Both the position numbers and the translations under genes were made by a program. From a bacterium (GTDB lineage Bacteria; 4484-113), in NCBI GenBank assembly GCA_021163765.1, contig JAGGTK010000037.1, positions 1 through 63,006 of the forward strand: a stretch of 63,006 bases of DNA, read 5' to 3'. Each line of letters begins with the position of its first letter. Within the stretch, counting starts at the first letter, position 1. The notes under the pieces were generated by a model that made no database searches, was not told the origin of the DNA, and saw only the letters and a program-made list of their open reading frames with translations. Shown here piece by piece: positions 18,676 to 27,329 of the stretch.

Positions 18676-20079
18676 CTATCCGCGACCGCCGACTGTCATC
18701 TCGTGAACCCTCAGCGTCGGCTCCCCAACACCACAGGGCACACTTTGTCCGTCCTTGCCGCAAGTCCCCACGCCGGTGCAGAGCGAGAAGTCCGAAGCCA
18801 CCATATCCACCAGAGTCAGCGTCTTCGGGCCATTCCCGATCAGGGTCGCATTCTCTACCGGATGCGTTACCTTGCCGTCTTCAATCCGGTAGCCTTCCTG
18901 CACATCGAACACGAAATCACCGCTCGCAATATCAACCTGCCCGCCGCCGAGCGCTTTGGCAAGAATACCCTCTTTTGTGTCCGCAATGATGTCTTCAGGG
19001 CTGGCGTCGCCTCCCAGCATGAAGGTGTTGGTCATCCGGGGTATGGGCGGCTTTGTATACGACTGCCTGCGGCCGTTCCCGGTCGGCGCCGCGCCCAACT
19101 GAGACGCGCTGATGCGGTCATGCATATACCCCCTCAGAACTCCCTTTTCGATTAGAACGGTGCGAGCGCCGGGCGTGCCCTCATCGTCGATATTGAGTGA
19201 CCCGCGATGGTAGGGTATCGTTGCGTCATCCACGACCGTCACCAGATCACTGGCGACCTCCTGCCCTACCCTCCCGGCGAACAGGCTTGACCCCTTGAAA
19301 TTGAAATCACCTTCCAGCCCGTGCCCAACGCCTTCATGAAGCAGAACCCCGCCCCATCCCGGGCACAGAATCACCGGCATCGGGCCGCCTTTAATCGGGC
19401 GCGCATCAAGCATCGTGAGCGCCATATCAGCAGCCTTCATCAGCTCCTTCGCGGGCGGCTGTTTATCCAGCAACTCCCGGCCCACTCGCCCGCCGTACGC
19501 ATGAAAGCCCTGCTTGCGTTTCCCGTTTTGCAGCGCCACCACAACACTGGCAACTCTCATCAGCGGCTGCTCATCGCGCACATCCACGCCGTCCGACGTG
19601 GCAACACGTATATGGCGCATCTCCTCCGTGTAGCCGATGATAACCTGATGAAGCCGCTCATCGGCCTCCCGCAGGCGGGCATCCGCTTCCTTTAGCAGTT
19701 CCATTTTGTCGCTGAAGCCCAATTCAGAGAGCGGATGCTCCAGCGGATACAGGTCTGGCACAGACAGCTCACGCACCGGGACGACCTGAGGATGGCCGCT
19801 CTGGGCGATTGCCGCAGCCGTGCCCGCAGCCTGTAGCAGGTCATCGGCGTTGAAGCCGTCCAGCCAGGCATAGCCGTAGACGTCTCCTGCGACAACGCGG
19901 ACACCGACGCCCTGCCTGCATCCCTGCGCGAGTTCCGACACTTTTCCGTCCCGAAGCTGGAAACTGAGCTGGTTCGTGTCCTCCACGAATAATTCCGCGA
20001 AGTCCCCTCCACGTGAAAGGGCCTTCTCCCAGACTCGCAGCTTCAGTTCATCATCAAGCTTGTCCCTAAAGTCGCTCAT
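18676..20079 (-). CDS. tldD: TldD-family metalloprotease
   Basis: GVLLHEGVGHGLEGD, DDEGTPG, TGNGRRQSY, PRMTNT, CGKDGQSVP. Confidence 0.95.
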   Translation of the reverse strand: MSDFRDKLDDELKLRVWEKALSRGGDFAELFVEDTNQLSFQLRDGKVSELAQGCRQGVGVRVVAGDVYGYAWLDGFNADDLLQAAGTAAAIAQSGHPQVVPVRELSVPDLYPLEHPLSELGFSDKMELLKEADARLREADERLHQVIIGYTEEMRHIRVATSDGVDVRDEQPLMRVASVVVALQNGKRKQGFHAYGGRVGRELLDKQPPAKELMKAADMALTMLDARPIKGGPMPVILCPGWGGVLLHEGVGHGLEGDFNFKGSSLFAGRVGQEVASDLVTVVDDATIPYHRGSLNIDDEGTPGARTVLIEKGVLRGYMHDRISASQLGAAPTGNGRRQSYTKPPIPRMTNTFMLGGDASPEDIIADTKEGILAKALGGGQVDIASGDFVFDVQEGYRIEDGKVTHPVENATLIGNGPKTLTLVDMVASDFSLCTGVGTCGKDGQSVPCGVGEPTLRVHEMTVGGRG

Positions 20080-20098
20080 TGCACTCCTTCACAGCGGT

Positions 20099-21310
20099 TT
20101 ATTCGGCACCCCGCAATCCATGCCGCTTAATGGAACTCAGCGCGAAATTGCGGAAGGCCGTGTCAGCTTGCAGAATATCGTCAAGGCATTCAGGCTCCTT
20201 CGCAGAAGGAGACCATTCGCCGGTAATTTCATTTCGCCGCCCAAAGCAGTCAGCAATGAGTTTCAGCAGCGCTTCGAAATCAATCTGGTCCGCCAGAAAC
20301 GCCCGAACCAGCGTTTCGTTTATGGCATTCAGCGCCACAGGCTCCCACCATTCGCCGCCCAGAGCCTCGTACGAAAGCCGCAGCAAGGGGAAGCGCTGCT
20401 CGTCAGGCTCCAGGAACTCAAGCGTCCCTATTGCAGCGAGATCCAGCGCTTCCACCACGCCTGCCAGCCTTTCGGGAGCGGTCAGCGCGTATTGCACTGC
20501 CAGCGCCATATCTGGACGGGACAACTGAGCCAGCACGCTCCCATCAGTAAATTCGACGAGGCCGTGCACGATGCTCTGAGGGTGTATGACAACACGTATC
20601 TTTTCCGGTGGCAGCCCGAACAAGAAGTGCGCCTCGATGACCTCCAGGGCCTTGTTCATCATCGTCGCAGAATTCACCGTCACTTCAGGCCCCATCTCCC
20701 ACGTTGGGTGCGCCATAACCTGCTCTTTCGTTACCGAGGACATCTGATCGGGAGAGCTGTGGAGAAACGGGCCACCCGATGCAGTCAGCGTTATGGAGGA
20801 CACTTCGCCTCGTCGCCCCGCCAGAAGGCACTGGTAGATGGCTGAGTGCTCGCTGTCAATCGGCAAGAAACGCACGCCCGAATCCCGCACAAGCCGCATT
20901 ATGTATTCGCCGCCCACGACAAGAGCCTCTTTATTGGCGAACAGTATCTCCTTGCCGGCCCGGATGGCCGATTCCATAGGTGCCAATCCCGCCACGCCGC
21001 TCATGGCGCAAACCACGGAGTCCACCTCTTTATGCGCCGCAACAGCGGGAAGGCTGTCGGCTTCCGCCAGGATTTCAATACCCAGAGCATTAAAGTCGCC
21101 GCAGTATTTGATAACAGCGTCCTGGTCAGTGAGCACACAAGTTTTCGGCTTGAACTCTTTAGCCTGTTCCAAAAGAACGTCGCCGCGCGACCGTGCTGCC
21201 AGAACCAGGGGCTTGAATCTGCCGGGATGCGCACGAACGACGCGAAGAGTAGTCCAGCCGATACTGCCTGTGGAGCCCAGCAGGCAAAGGTTCTTAGCGT
21301 CTCTGCCCAC
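20099..21310 (-). CDS. dxr: 1-deoxy-D-xylulose-5-phosphate reductoisomerase
   Basis: LLGSTGSIG, ANKEALV, PIDSEHSAIYQC, LTASGGPF, HPTWEMG, NKALEVIEAHFLF; GTG 21310 preceded by AGGAG. Confidence 0.96.
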   Translation of the reverse strand: MGRDAKNLCLLGSTGSIGWTTLRVVRAHPGRFKPLVLAARSRGDVLLEQAKEFKPKTCVLTDQDAVIKYCGDFNALGIEILAEADSLPAVAAHKEVDSVVCAMSGVAGLAPMESAIRAGKEILFANKEALVVGGEYIMRLVRDSGVRFLPIDSEHSAIYQCLLAGRRGEVSSITLTASGGPFLHSSPDQMSSVTKEQVMAHPTWEMGPEVTVNSATMMNKALEVIEAHFLFGLPPEKIRVVIHPQSIVHGLVEFTDGSVLAQLSRPDMALAVQYALTAPERLAGVVEALDLAAIGTLEFLEPDEQRFPLLRLSYEALGGEWWEPVALNAINETLVRAFLADQIDFEALLKLIADCFGRRNEITGEWSPSAKEPECLDDILQADTAFRNFALSSIKRHGLRGAE

Positions 21311-21318
21311 CTGCGCTC

Positions 21319-22161
21319 CTAGTAGTCGTAGAATCCTGCGCGCGTCTTGCGCCCCAGTCGCCCTGCCTGAACGAGCTGCTTCAGCACAAACGGCGGTCGA
21401 AATTTGCTGTTTCCATGTTCCCTGTAGAGCATTTCGCACGCTTGCAGGAATACATCCAGGCCTACCAGGTCCATCAGCTTGAAGGGCCCCAGCGGCCATC
21501 CAGCGCCACGCCTCAATGCTTCATCTATCTCCGCCGGCTCACCTATGCCCTCTTCATAAAGCGCCATCGCCTCAACCGCCATCGCCATCAGCACTCGGTT
21601 GACAACAACACCGGGAGTCTCCTTGAACACCAGCGGTTTCTTGCCCAGCTTCTTGATGAACTCAACACTTGCGTCACGCACTTCGTCCGTCGTCTGAAGT
21701 CCGGGGACTACTTCTACAAGGGTCATCTGAGACGGCGGATTGAAGAAGTGCAGCCCGATGAACCGCTCAGGACGGCCGCTCACAGCCGCCAGCCGGGTAA
21801 TGCCAATGCTGGACGTATTGGTCGCGAAGATTGCTTCCTGTCCGCAAATGCCGTTCAGCTCGGAGAAAAAGCGCGATTTTACCTCGAAGTCCTCCAGCAC
21901 TGCCTCAACCACCAGGTCGCAGCCGGCGAAGCCGTCCAGGTCTTTTTGCACACTGATCCGTTCGATAACTTCCGCCCGCTCATCATCGCTGGCTTCTTTC
22001 CGGAGCATGCGGATCAGTTTGGAAAGCCGTTTCAGCTTGTCTTCCACAACCCCGGCAACGACGTCGTAAGCGAATACTTCATACCCCGCCATGGATGCCA
22101 GCAGAGCGATCTCGCTTCCCATCGTGCCAAAGCCGGCCACCCCGATTTGTCGCAGTTTCAC
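21319..22161 (-). CDS. 3-hydroxyacyl-CoA dehydrogenase (Hbd-like)
   Basis: GFGTMGSEIA, VEAVLE, ATNTSSI, GLHFFNP, GPFKLMDLVGLD, GRLGRKT. Confidence 0.94.
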   Translation of the reverse strand: MKLRQIGVAGFGTMGSEIALLASMAGYEVFAYDVVAGVVEDKLKRLSKLIRMLRKEASDDERAEVIERISVQKDLDGFAGCDLVVEAVLEDFEVKSRFFSELNGICGQEAIFATNTSSIGITRLAAVSGRPERFIGLHFFNPPSQMTLVEVVPGLQTTDEVRDASVEFIKKLGKKPLVFKETPGVVVNRVLMAMAVEAMALYEEGIGEPAEIDEALRRGAGWPLGPFKLMDLVGLDVFLQACEMLYREHGNSKFRPPFVLKQLVQAGRLGRKTRAGFYDY

Positions 22162-22288
22162 TACTTCCTCCTTGTATTCGCGCAGATACTATTCCGAAAA
22201 GCGGCAAAATGCAAGAATTCTGCATATCCCATTACAGGACACTCCTTGACGCACCTTCAAGCGCGCCATATAATCTGCCCGCTGGAGC

Positions 22289-22630
22289 GTGGCTGACGAT
22301 ATGAACAAACGGGGAAGCGGCTTCTGGGATTTGATGCTCGGATTCTCTGTTGGGCTGTTTTTTACGGGAGCGGCATCCTGCCTTCTGGCAGAGCTAAAGC
22401 ACCTTATAGAGTCCGGACGGGCCGGCGGAATCATCGAGATCCTTCCCACGTTCGACGAGTCTCTTGGGGGCGACCGCTTCACAATCGGCGATAGCCAGAT
22501 GCTGGATGAGATGGTGGCACGCACCCAGACCGATGACGCCGGTGTCCGCGCGCGGCGCATATACCGCGAGCGGCCGGTAAAGGACGTTCAGCACCAGGGT
22601 AGTGACGGCGTCTACTACGACGAGGAATAA
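22289..22630 (+). CDS. Hypothetical membrane-anchored protein
   Basis: GTG with GGAG RBS, TATAAT upstream, one N-terminal hydrophobic segment; no recognised motif. Confidence 0.6.
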   Translation: MADDMNKRGSGFWDLMLGFSVGLFFTGAASCLLAELKHLIESGRAGGIIEILPTFDESLGGDRFTIGDSQMLDEMVARTQTDDAGVRARRIYRERPVKDVQHQGSDGVYYDEE

Positions 22631-22780
22631 CCTGCGCTGCACAGATTGGCGCGCCAGAACAGGCAACCCACACACAGAGCGTCTCTTACGGGAGCGCAGG
22701 GAGGGCGGGTTCGCTGAATCCGCAACCTTGCACCGGGGTTTCAGAGACCGCTGCCGCAAGCGGTGATAGAATACATCACA

Positions 22781-24358
22781 ATGGAACGCAAGTCTGGCGT
22801 CCTGCTCATTCTGGATGGCTGGGGCTACCGGTTCGACCCTACGGGCAACGCGGTGCGCCTTGCCAACACACCCAACTGGGACAGGCTGCTGCAGGAACAT
22901 CAATGGACATTGCTCGACTGTATGGGTGTTGCCGTTGGCCTGTCACCGGGACAGATGGGCAACAGCGAGGTCGGTCATCTGAACATCGGCGCCGGCAGGC
23001 GGGTCATCCAGCCCCTGGCGCGACTGGACCAGATGGTGGCGCGGGGCGAGTTCCTGACGAACCCCGCCATTGCCGGGATTATGAAGTCCACCGTGGCCAG
23101 CAACTCAGCCCTGCATCTGATAGGGCTGCTGTCTGATGGCGGAGTGCATTCGCACATCTCCCATCTCTTCGCTTTGCTGGACGCGGCGGCTCACCACGGC
23201 GTGAAACAGGTTGTCGTCCACGCCATCCTCGACGGTCGGGACACAGGCCCCTATGCCGGAAAGGGCTTCCTGCACGGGCTTCTTCGAAAACTGAAGGAAT
23301 ACCCGTACAGCGCCAAATTGGCTACCGTTTCAGGTCGCTACTACGCGATGGACCGGGATAAGCGCTGGGAACGGCTGGAACCAGCTTATCGCGCAATCGT
23401 CCAGGGGCAGGGGTCAACCACAACAAATCCCATAGACTACCTTGGCGCTCTGCATCAGCGCGGGCAGACCGACGAGTACGTCAAGCCGTTCTGCGTTGTG
23501 GACGCCGAAGGGAACAAAGAACCCGTCCTGATGCAACCCGGGGACAGCATCATCTTTTACAACTTCCGCGAGGACCGCGCCCGTGAGCTTTCGCGCGCGC
23601 TGTATCTCAGTGACTTTGACGCGTTCGACAGGCCCTTCACCATTGAGCGGCTCCTAACGTTCTCGCGCTATTCCAGCGATTTCGGCAACCCAGTAGTTCT
23701 GCCGGATGAAGAACTGCCCAATACGGTCACAGAATTTCTGAGCAAACAGGGCCGCAGCGTCTGCAAAGTTGCCGAGACCGAAAAATATGCCCACGTCACC
23801 TACTTTTTCAACGGCGGTCGTGAGCAGCCGTTTGAGAACGAGCGGCGAGTACTCATCCCGTCGCCAAAGGTCGCCACGTACGACCAGAAGCCGGAAATGA
23901 GCGCGATGAGCGTCACCAACACGGCGGTTGATATGATCAACTCTGATGGTTGCTTCCTGACAGTCATCAACCTCGCCAACGGCGATATGGTTGGGCACAC
24001 TGGCGACCTGGAAGCTGCCGTAAAGGCCGCTGAAGCGGTGGACCACAGCCTCGGGCGCATCCTGGAAGCTGTGGATTATGGCAAGAAGAGCTATCTGATT
24101 GTGACTGCCGACCACGGCAACTGCGAGCGTATGCGCGATAGCGCAGGTAACATATACGTTACCCACACGTTGAATCCGGTACCTTTAGTAATTGTGGGGA
24201 CAATCCGCCAGCTTGAGCATCCCTACAAGGAGCAGCCCGAAGATGTTTTCGCCGACACTCACGGGCAGGCCCTGCGGGATATCATCCCGACCTTTCTCGA
24301 CCTCTGGTCGATGGAACAGCCTCCGGAGATGGACGGACGCTCGCTGCTGGCAAGCTGA
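22781..24358 (+). CDS. gpmI: 2,3-bisphosphoglycerate-independent phosphoglycerate mutase
   Basis: LLILDGWG, GQMGNSEVGHLNIGAGR, SDGGVHSH, GRYYAMDRDKRW, AETEKYAHVTYFFNGG, DMVGHTG, TADHGN. Confidence 0.97.
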   Translation: MERKSGVLLILDGWGYRFDPTGNAVRLANTPNWDRLLQEHQWTLLDCMGVAVGLSPGQMGNSEVGHLNIGAGRRVIQPLARLDQMVARGEFLTNPAIAGIMKSTVASNSALHLIGLLSDGGVHSHISHLFALLDAAAHHGVKQVVVHAILDGRDTGPYAGKGFLHGLLRKLKEYPYSAKLATVSGRYYAMDRDKRWERLEPAYRAIVQGQGSTTTNPIDYLGALHQRGQTDEYVKPFCVVDAEGNKEPVLMQPGDSIIFYNFREDRARELSRALYLSDFDAFDRPFTIERLLTFSRYSSDFGNPVVLPDEELPNTVTEFLSKQGRSVCKVAETEKYAHVTYFFNGGREQPFENERRVLIPSPKVATYDQKPEMSAMSVTNTAVDMINSDGCFLTVINLANGDMVGHTGDLEAAVKAAEAVDHSLGRILEAVDYGKKSYLIVTADHGNCERMRDSAGNIYVTHTLNPVPLVIVGTIRQLEHPYKEQPEDVFADTHGQALRDIIPTFLDLWSMEQPPEMDGRSLLAS

Positions 24359-24401
24359 GTTGCTTGCTCGGTTCCTTCATGCGCACTCAGCAAATCCCGG
24401 C

Positions 24402-25301
24402 CTACTCCGGCACCACCACACCTCGCTCCGGGGTGAAATATCCGCGATACATATTGTCGGAGTTATAGGCCAGGCCCAGTGCGCCGCTAATATCAACCAC
24501 GATTGCCCCTGACGTGCCAGGCGTCTTCTCTCCCTGGATCCGCACAGCCAGCTCGGCAGCCTCCTGCGGACTCATTCCATTAATAACGGCATCAGCGCAG
24601 ACCTTGGCCATCAGCACGCGCATGATGCTCTCACCCACACCGGTGCAGGAAGCTGCCGAGTGCGCATCAGCGTAGGTGCCGGCCCCAAGAATTGCCGAAT
24701 CCCCCACTCTTCCCGGCAGTGAGAGGACCATTCCGCCGGTGGATGTAGCCGCGGCCAGCTTCCCTTCCGCGTCCAGCGCAACCGCGCCAACAGTCCCGCC
24801 ACTTGACAGGACCTGGTCGTCGGGCGTCTCCCTCGCGGCGAGCTTCCGCTCCCAGAGCCTGCGGCGCTCTTCCACTATTAGTTCCTCGTCGGCAACGAGT
24901 TCCATCCCGCACTCTCTGGCAAACCGCGTTGCCCATTCTCCAACCATCAGGACGTGGGGAGTGCGCTCCAGGACATATCGCGCAAGCGTTACCGGATAAA
25001 GGACGCCCGTGACAGCGCCGACCCCGGCTCCCATCATCGTTGCGCCGTCCATGATGGATGCGTCGAGCTGGACGCTCCCGTCGTATCGCAGTGAGGAGCC
25101 TGTTCCGGCGTTGAAAGACGGATGCTTCTCGAAGAGCCGAACGGCTTCTTCGACGACCTGCATCGCCGAAGCCCCGTCCATCAGCATAGCTGCGACTCTG
25201 GCGAGAATCTCCCCGACGGCGGGTCGGTTGCGCTTGTACGACTCGAGCGATATCGGTCCCGCACCGCCCTGGACCGCAAGCGCAATAGGTTTCCGAGCCA
25301 T
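24402..25301 (-). CDS. Isoaspartyl peptidase / L-asparaginase (Ntn hydrolase)
   Basis: FNAGTGS, QLDASIMDG, GTVGAVALD, AAATSTGG, GRVGDSAILGAG, CTGVGE. Confidence 0.93.
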   Translation of the reverse strand: MARKPIALAVQGGAGPISLESYKRNRPAVGEILARVAAMLMDGASAMQVVEEAVRLFEKHPSFNAGTGSSLRYDGSVQLDASIMDGATMMGAGVGAVTGVLYPVTLARYVLERTPHVLMVGEWATRFARECGMELVADEELIVEERRRLWERKLAARETPDDQVLSSGGTVGAVALDAEGKLAAATSTGGMVLSLPGRVGDSAILGAGTYADAHSAASCTGVGESIMRVLMAKVCADAVINGMSPQEAAELAVRIQGEKTPGTSGAIVVDISGALGLAYNSDNMYRGYFTPERGVVVPE

Positions 25302-25311
25302 CACTGCAACC

Positions 25312-26142
25312 TCACTTCTGGCAGCGGGGACAATAGAAGGTGCTGCGGCCGCCCAGCACAATGCGCCTTATTTCATTTTTCTTGCCGCATCTGGGGCAGG
25401 GCTGCCCCTCGCGCAAGTACACTTTGAGTTCACTCGCATAGCGCCCGTCCCTCCCGTCAGCATCGCGGAAGTTACGAACAGTGGTTCCGCCCATCTCAAT
25501 CGCCTTGCGAAGGATCCTGCGCGTCGTGCCCAGCAGCACGCTGCATTCGTTCACATTCAGCGTGTGCGCCTCACGCTCGGGATTGAGTTTCGCGGCGAAG
25601 AGCACTTCGTTGGCGTAAATGTTGCCCAGCCCGGCAATCACGCCCTGGTCAAGCAGTACGCTCTTAATATTCCTCCTGCGAAATCGCTGTAGCTCCTTGC
25701 GGAGAACGCTGGGCGTGAGCCTCTTATCGTCAAACTCGTGGCCCAGACGCGCCAGGAAGGGATGCTGCCCCACCTTGCCGGTCTCGGCGAGCGAGATCCG
25801 CGAGAACCGCCGCATGTCGTATAGCTTCACCATCCGATTGCGCTTTAGGCCGAACGCCACAATCAGGTAATCTAGTGGTTCCAGGCTGGGCTCCACGATA
25901 AAGCGCCCCGTCATTCCGAGCCCGATTAGCGCGGTGTATTGGCGGTCCGTCTGCATCAGGAGATACTTCCCGCGCCTTGAGAGCTTCTTGACCCGGCTAT
26001 CAACTATGCCCCTCCGGAACTCAACCGGCGTAACTTCAAATACGCGCTCAGGATAGAATATGCGGACGGACGACACTGTTTGCCCGACCAGTTTCGGGGC
26101 CAAAGTCCGCCGCACCTGTTCGACTTCTGGTAGTTCCGGCAT
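25312..26142 (-). CDS. mutM: Formamidopyrimidine-DNA glycosylase
   Basis: MPELPEVE, RRGKYL, LGMTG, LLDQGVIAGLGNIYANEVLF, zinc finger CPRC...YCPRCQ. Confidence 0.97.
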   Translation of the reverse strand: MPELPEVEQVRRTLAPKLVGQTVSSVRIFYPERVFEVTPVEFRRGIVDSRVKKLSRRGKYLLMQTDRQYTALIGLGMTGRFIVEPSLEPLDYLIVAFGLKRNRMVKLYDMRRFSRISLAETGKVGQHPFLARLGHEFDDKRLTPSVLRKELQRFRRRNIKSVLLDQGVIAGLGNIYANEVLFAAKLNPEREAHTLNVNECSVLLGTTRRILRKAIEMGGTTVRNFRDADGRDGRYASELKVYLREGQPCPRCGKKNEIRRIVLGGRSTFYCPRCQK

Positions 26143-26191
26143 GTCGAGTCTCCAAGTCCTCAAGAGTATAGCAGGTGCTGTGATAGAATCG

Positions 26192-27295
26192 ATGACGGTG
26201 CTAAAGCGCGTAGACCGGCTTGTGATGGTAGAACTAATCCCGCCGTTTCTGTTCGCACTCTTGGCGTTCATTATCCTCATCGTGGGCGCGGCGCTGCTCA
26301 AGCCCCTGCTTTCCTTCCTGATCAGGTACGGCGTGGGCGCAGACGTGTTCTTCTCGATGCTGTTCCTCTCGCTGCCCCAGTGGATCGTCTTCACCTTCCC
26401 TATGGCGATGCTCACGGGGACGCTCCTTGCGGTCGGGCGGTTATCCGGCGACGCCGAGATTACCGCGCTCCGCGCCGCAGGCGTTAACCTCTACCGCATT
26501 ACGTGGCCCATCCTCTATTTCGCGCTGGTTCTGGCTCTCGTTACGTTCATCCTCAATGAATGGATAGCGCCATACACCAATCATCAGCTTGAAGTGCTCA
26601 AGCAACGGGTTATCCGTGAGAAGACCGGCACATTGAAGGAAGCCAGGGTGACCCTTCCCTTCTACCGTAAAGGCTACCTGAGTTACCTTCTGGTCGCCGA
26701 GAGTCTCGAAGGCGAAACCCTAAAAGACCTTAACCTCCTTAGCTTCGACCCTCAGACGCATGAGACGACCTGGCACCTGAGCGCCGAGACATCATCCTGG
26801 ACCGGCATGGAGTGGAAGTTCTACAACGGAAAAGTCTACAACTTCCTGGAAGAAGGCGTCGTCACCACCACATTCAAGGAATGGAACGTCCCTGAATTCG
26901 ATCTCAGCCCGGCGACTATCGCCGAACGGAGCAAAGACCCCATGGAGCTTTCCGTCTTCGACCTCCGCCGGCTCATCCACTACCAGCAGCAGTCGGGACT
27001 TGATATAAGCATCATCCGGCGTTTCCAGACGGATTACTACTTCAAGTTCTCCATTCCCTTCGCCTCCCTGTTTTTTGTGCTCATCGGCGTTCCGCTGGCG
27101 ATTATTCCCCAGCGCGCATCAACATCCATGGGCCTGGGGTTTTCGCTCCTTATCGTCCTCGGATACTTCTTCCTCTACACCGTCGCAGTGCAGATGGGGC
27201 GTGGCGGTGTTGTTGACCCCGCGTTCGCCGCGTGGATGCCGAACCTGTCGGTCTTCGTTATAGGCCTGGGCCTGTTGCGTGTGCGGAACCGCTGA
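26192..27295 (+). CDS. LptF/LptG-family permease
   Basis: GRLSGDAEITALRAAGV, LNEWIAP, AAWMPN; six TM segments around a periplasmic domain. The start may be GTG 26198. Confidence 0.9.
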   Translation: MTVLKRVDRLVMVELIPPFLFALLAFIILIVGAALLKPLLSFLIRYGVGADVFFSMLFLSLPQWIVFTFPMAMLTGTLLAVGRLSGDAEITALRAAGVNLYRITWPILYFALVLALVTFILNEWIAPYTNHQLEVLKQRVIREKTGTLKEARVTLPFYRKGYLSYLLVAESLEGETLKDLNLLSFDPQTHETTWHLSAETSSWTGMEWKFYNGKVYNFLEEGVVTTTFKEWNVPEFDLSPATIAERSKDPMELSVFDLRRLIHYQQQSGLDISIIRRFQTDYYFKFSIPFASLFFVLIGVPLAIIPQRASTSMGLGFSLLIVLGYFFLYTVAVQMGRGGVVDPAFAAWMPNLSVFVIGLGLLRVRNR

Positions 27296-27329
27296 CCGAC
27301 CGGACTATAGAATCGGTGATACGAGAAGC

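Noticed and set aside
18676-20079. TldD without TldE/PmbA implying a RiPP cluster
   Set aside because: No precursor or YcaO gene nearby; the partner may be unlinked.
22645-22740. glmS ribozyme (GCGCCAGAAC)
   Set aside because: Lacks the GACGAGG core and does not precede glmS.
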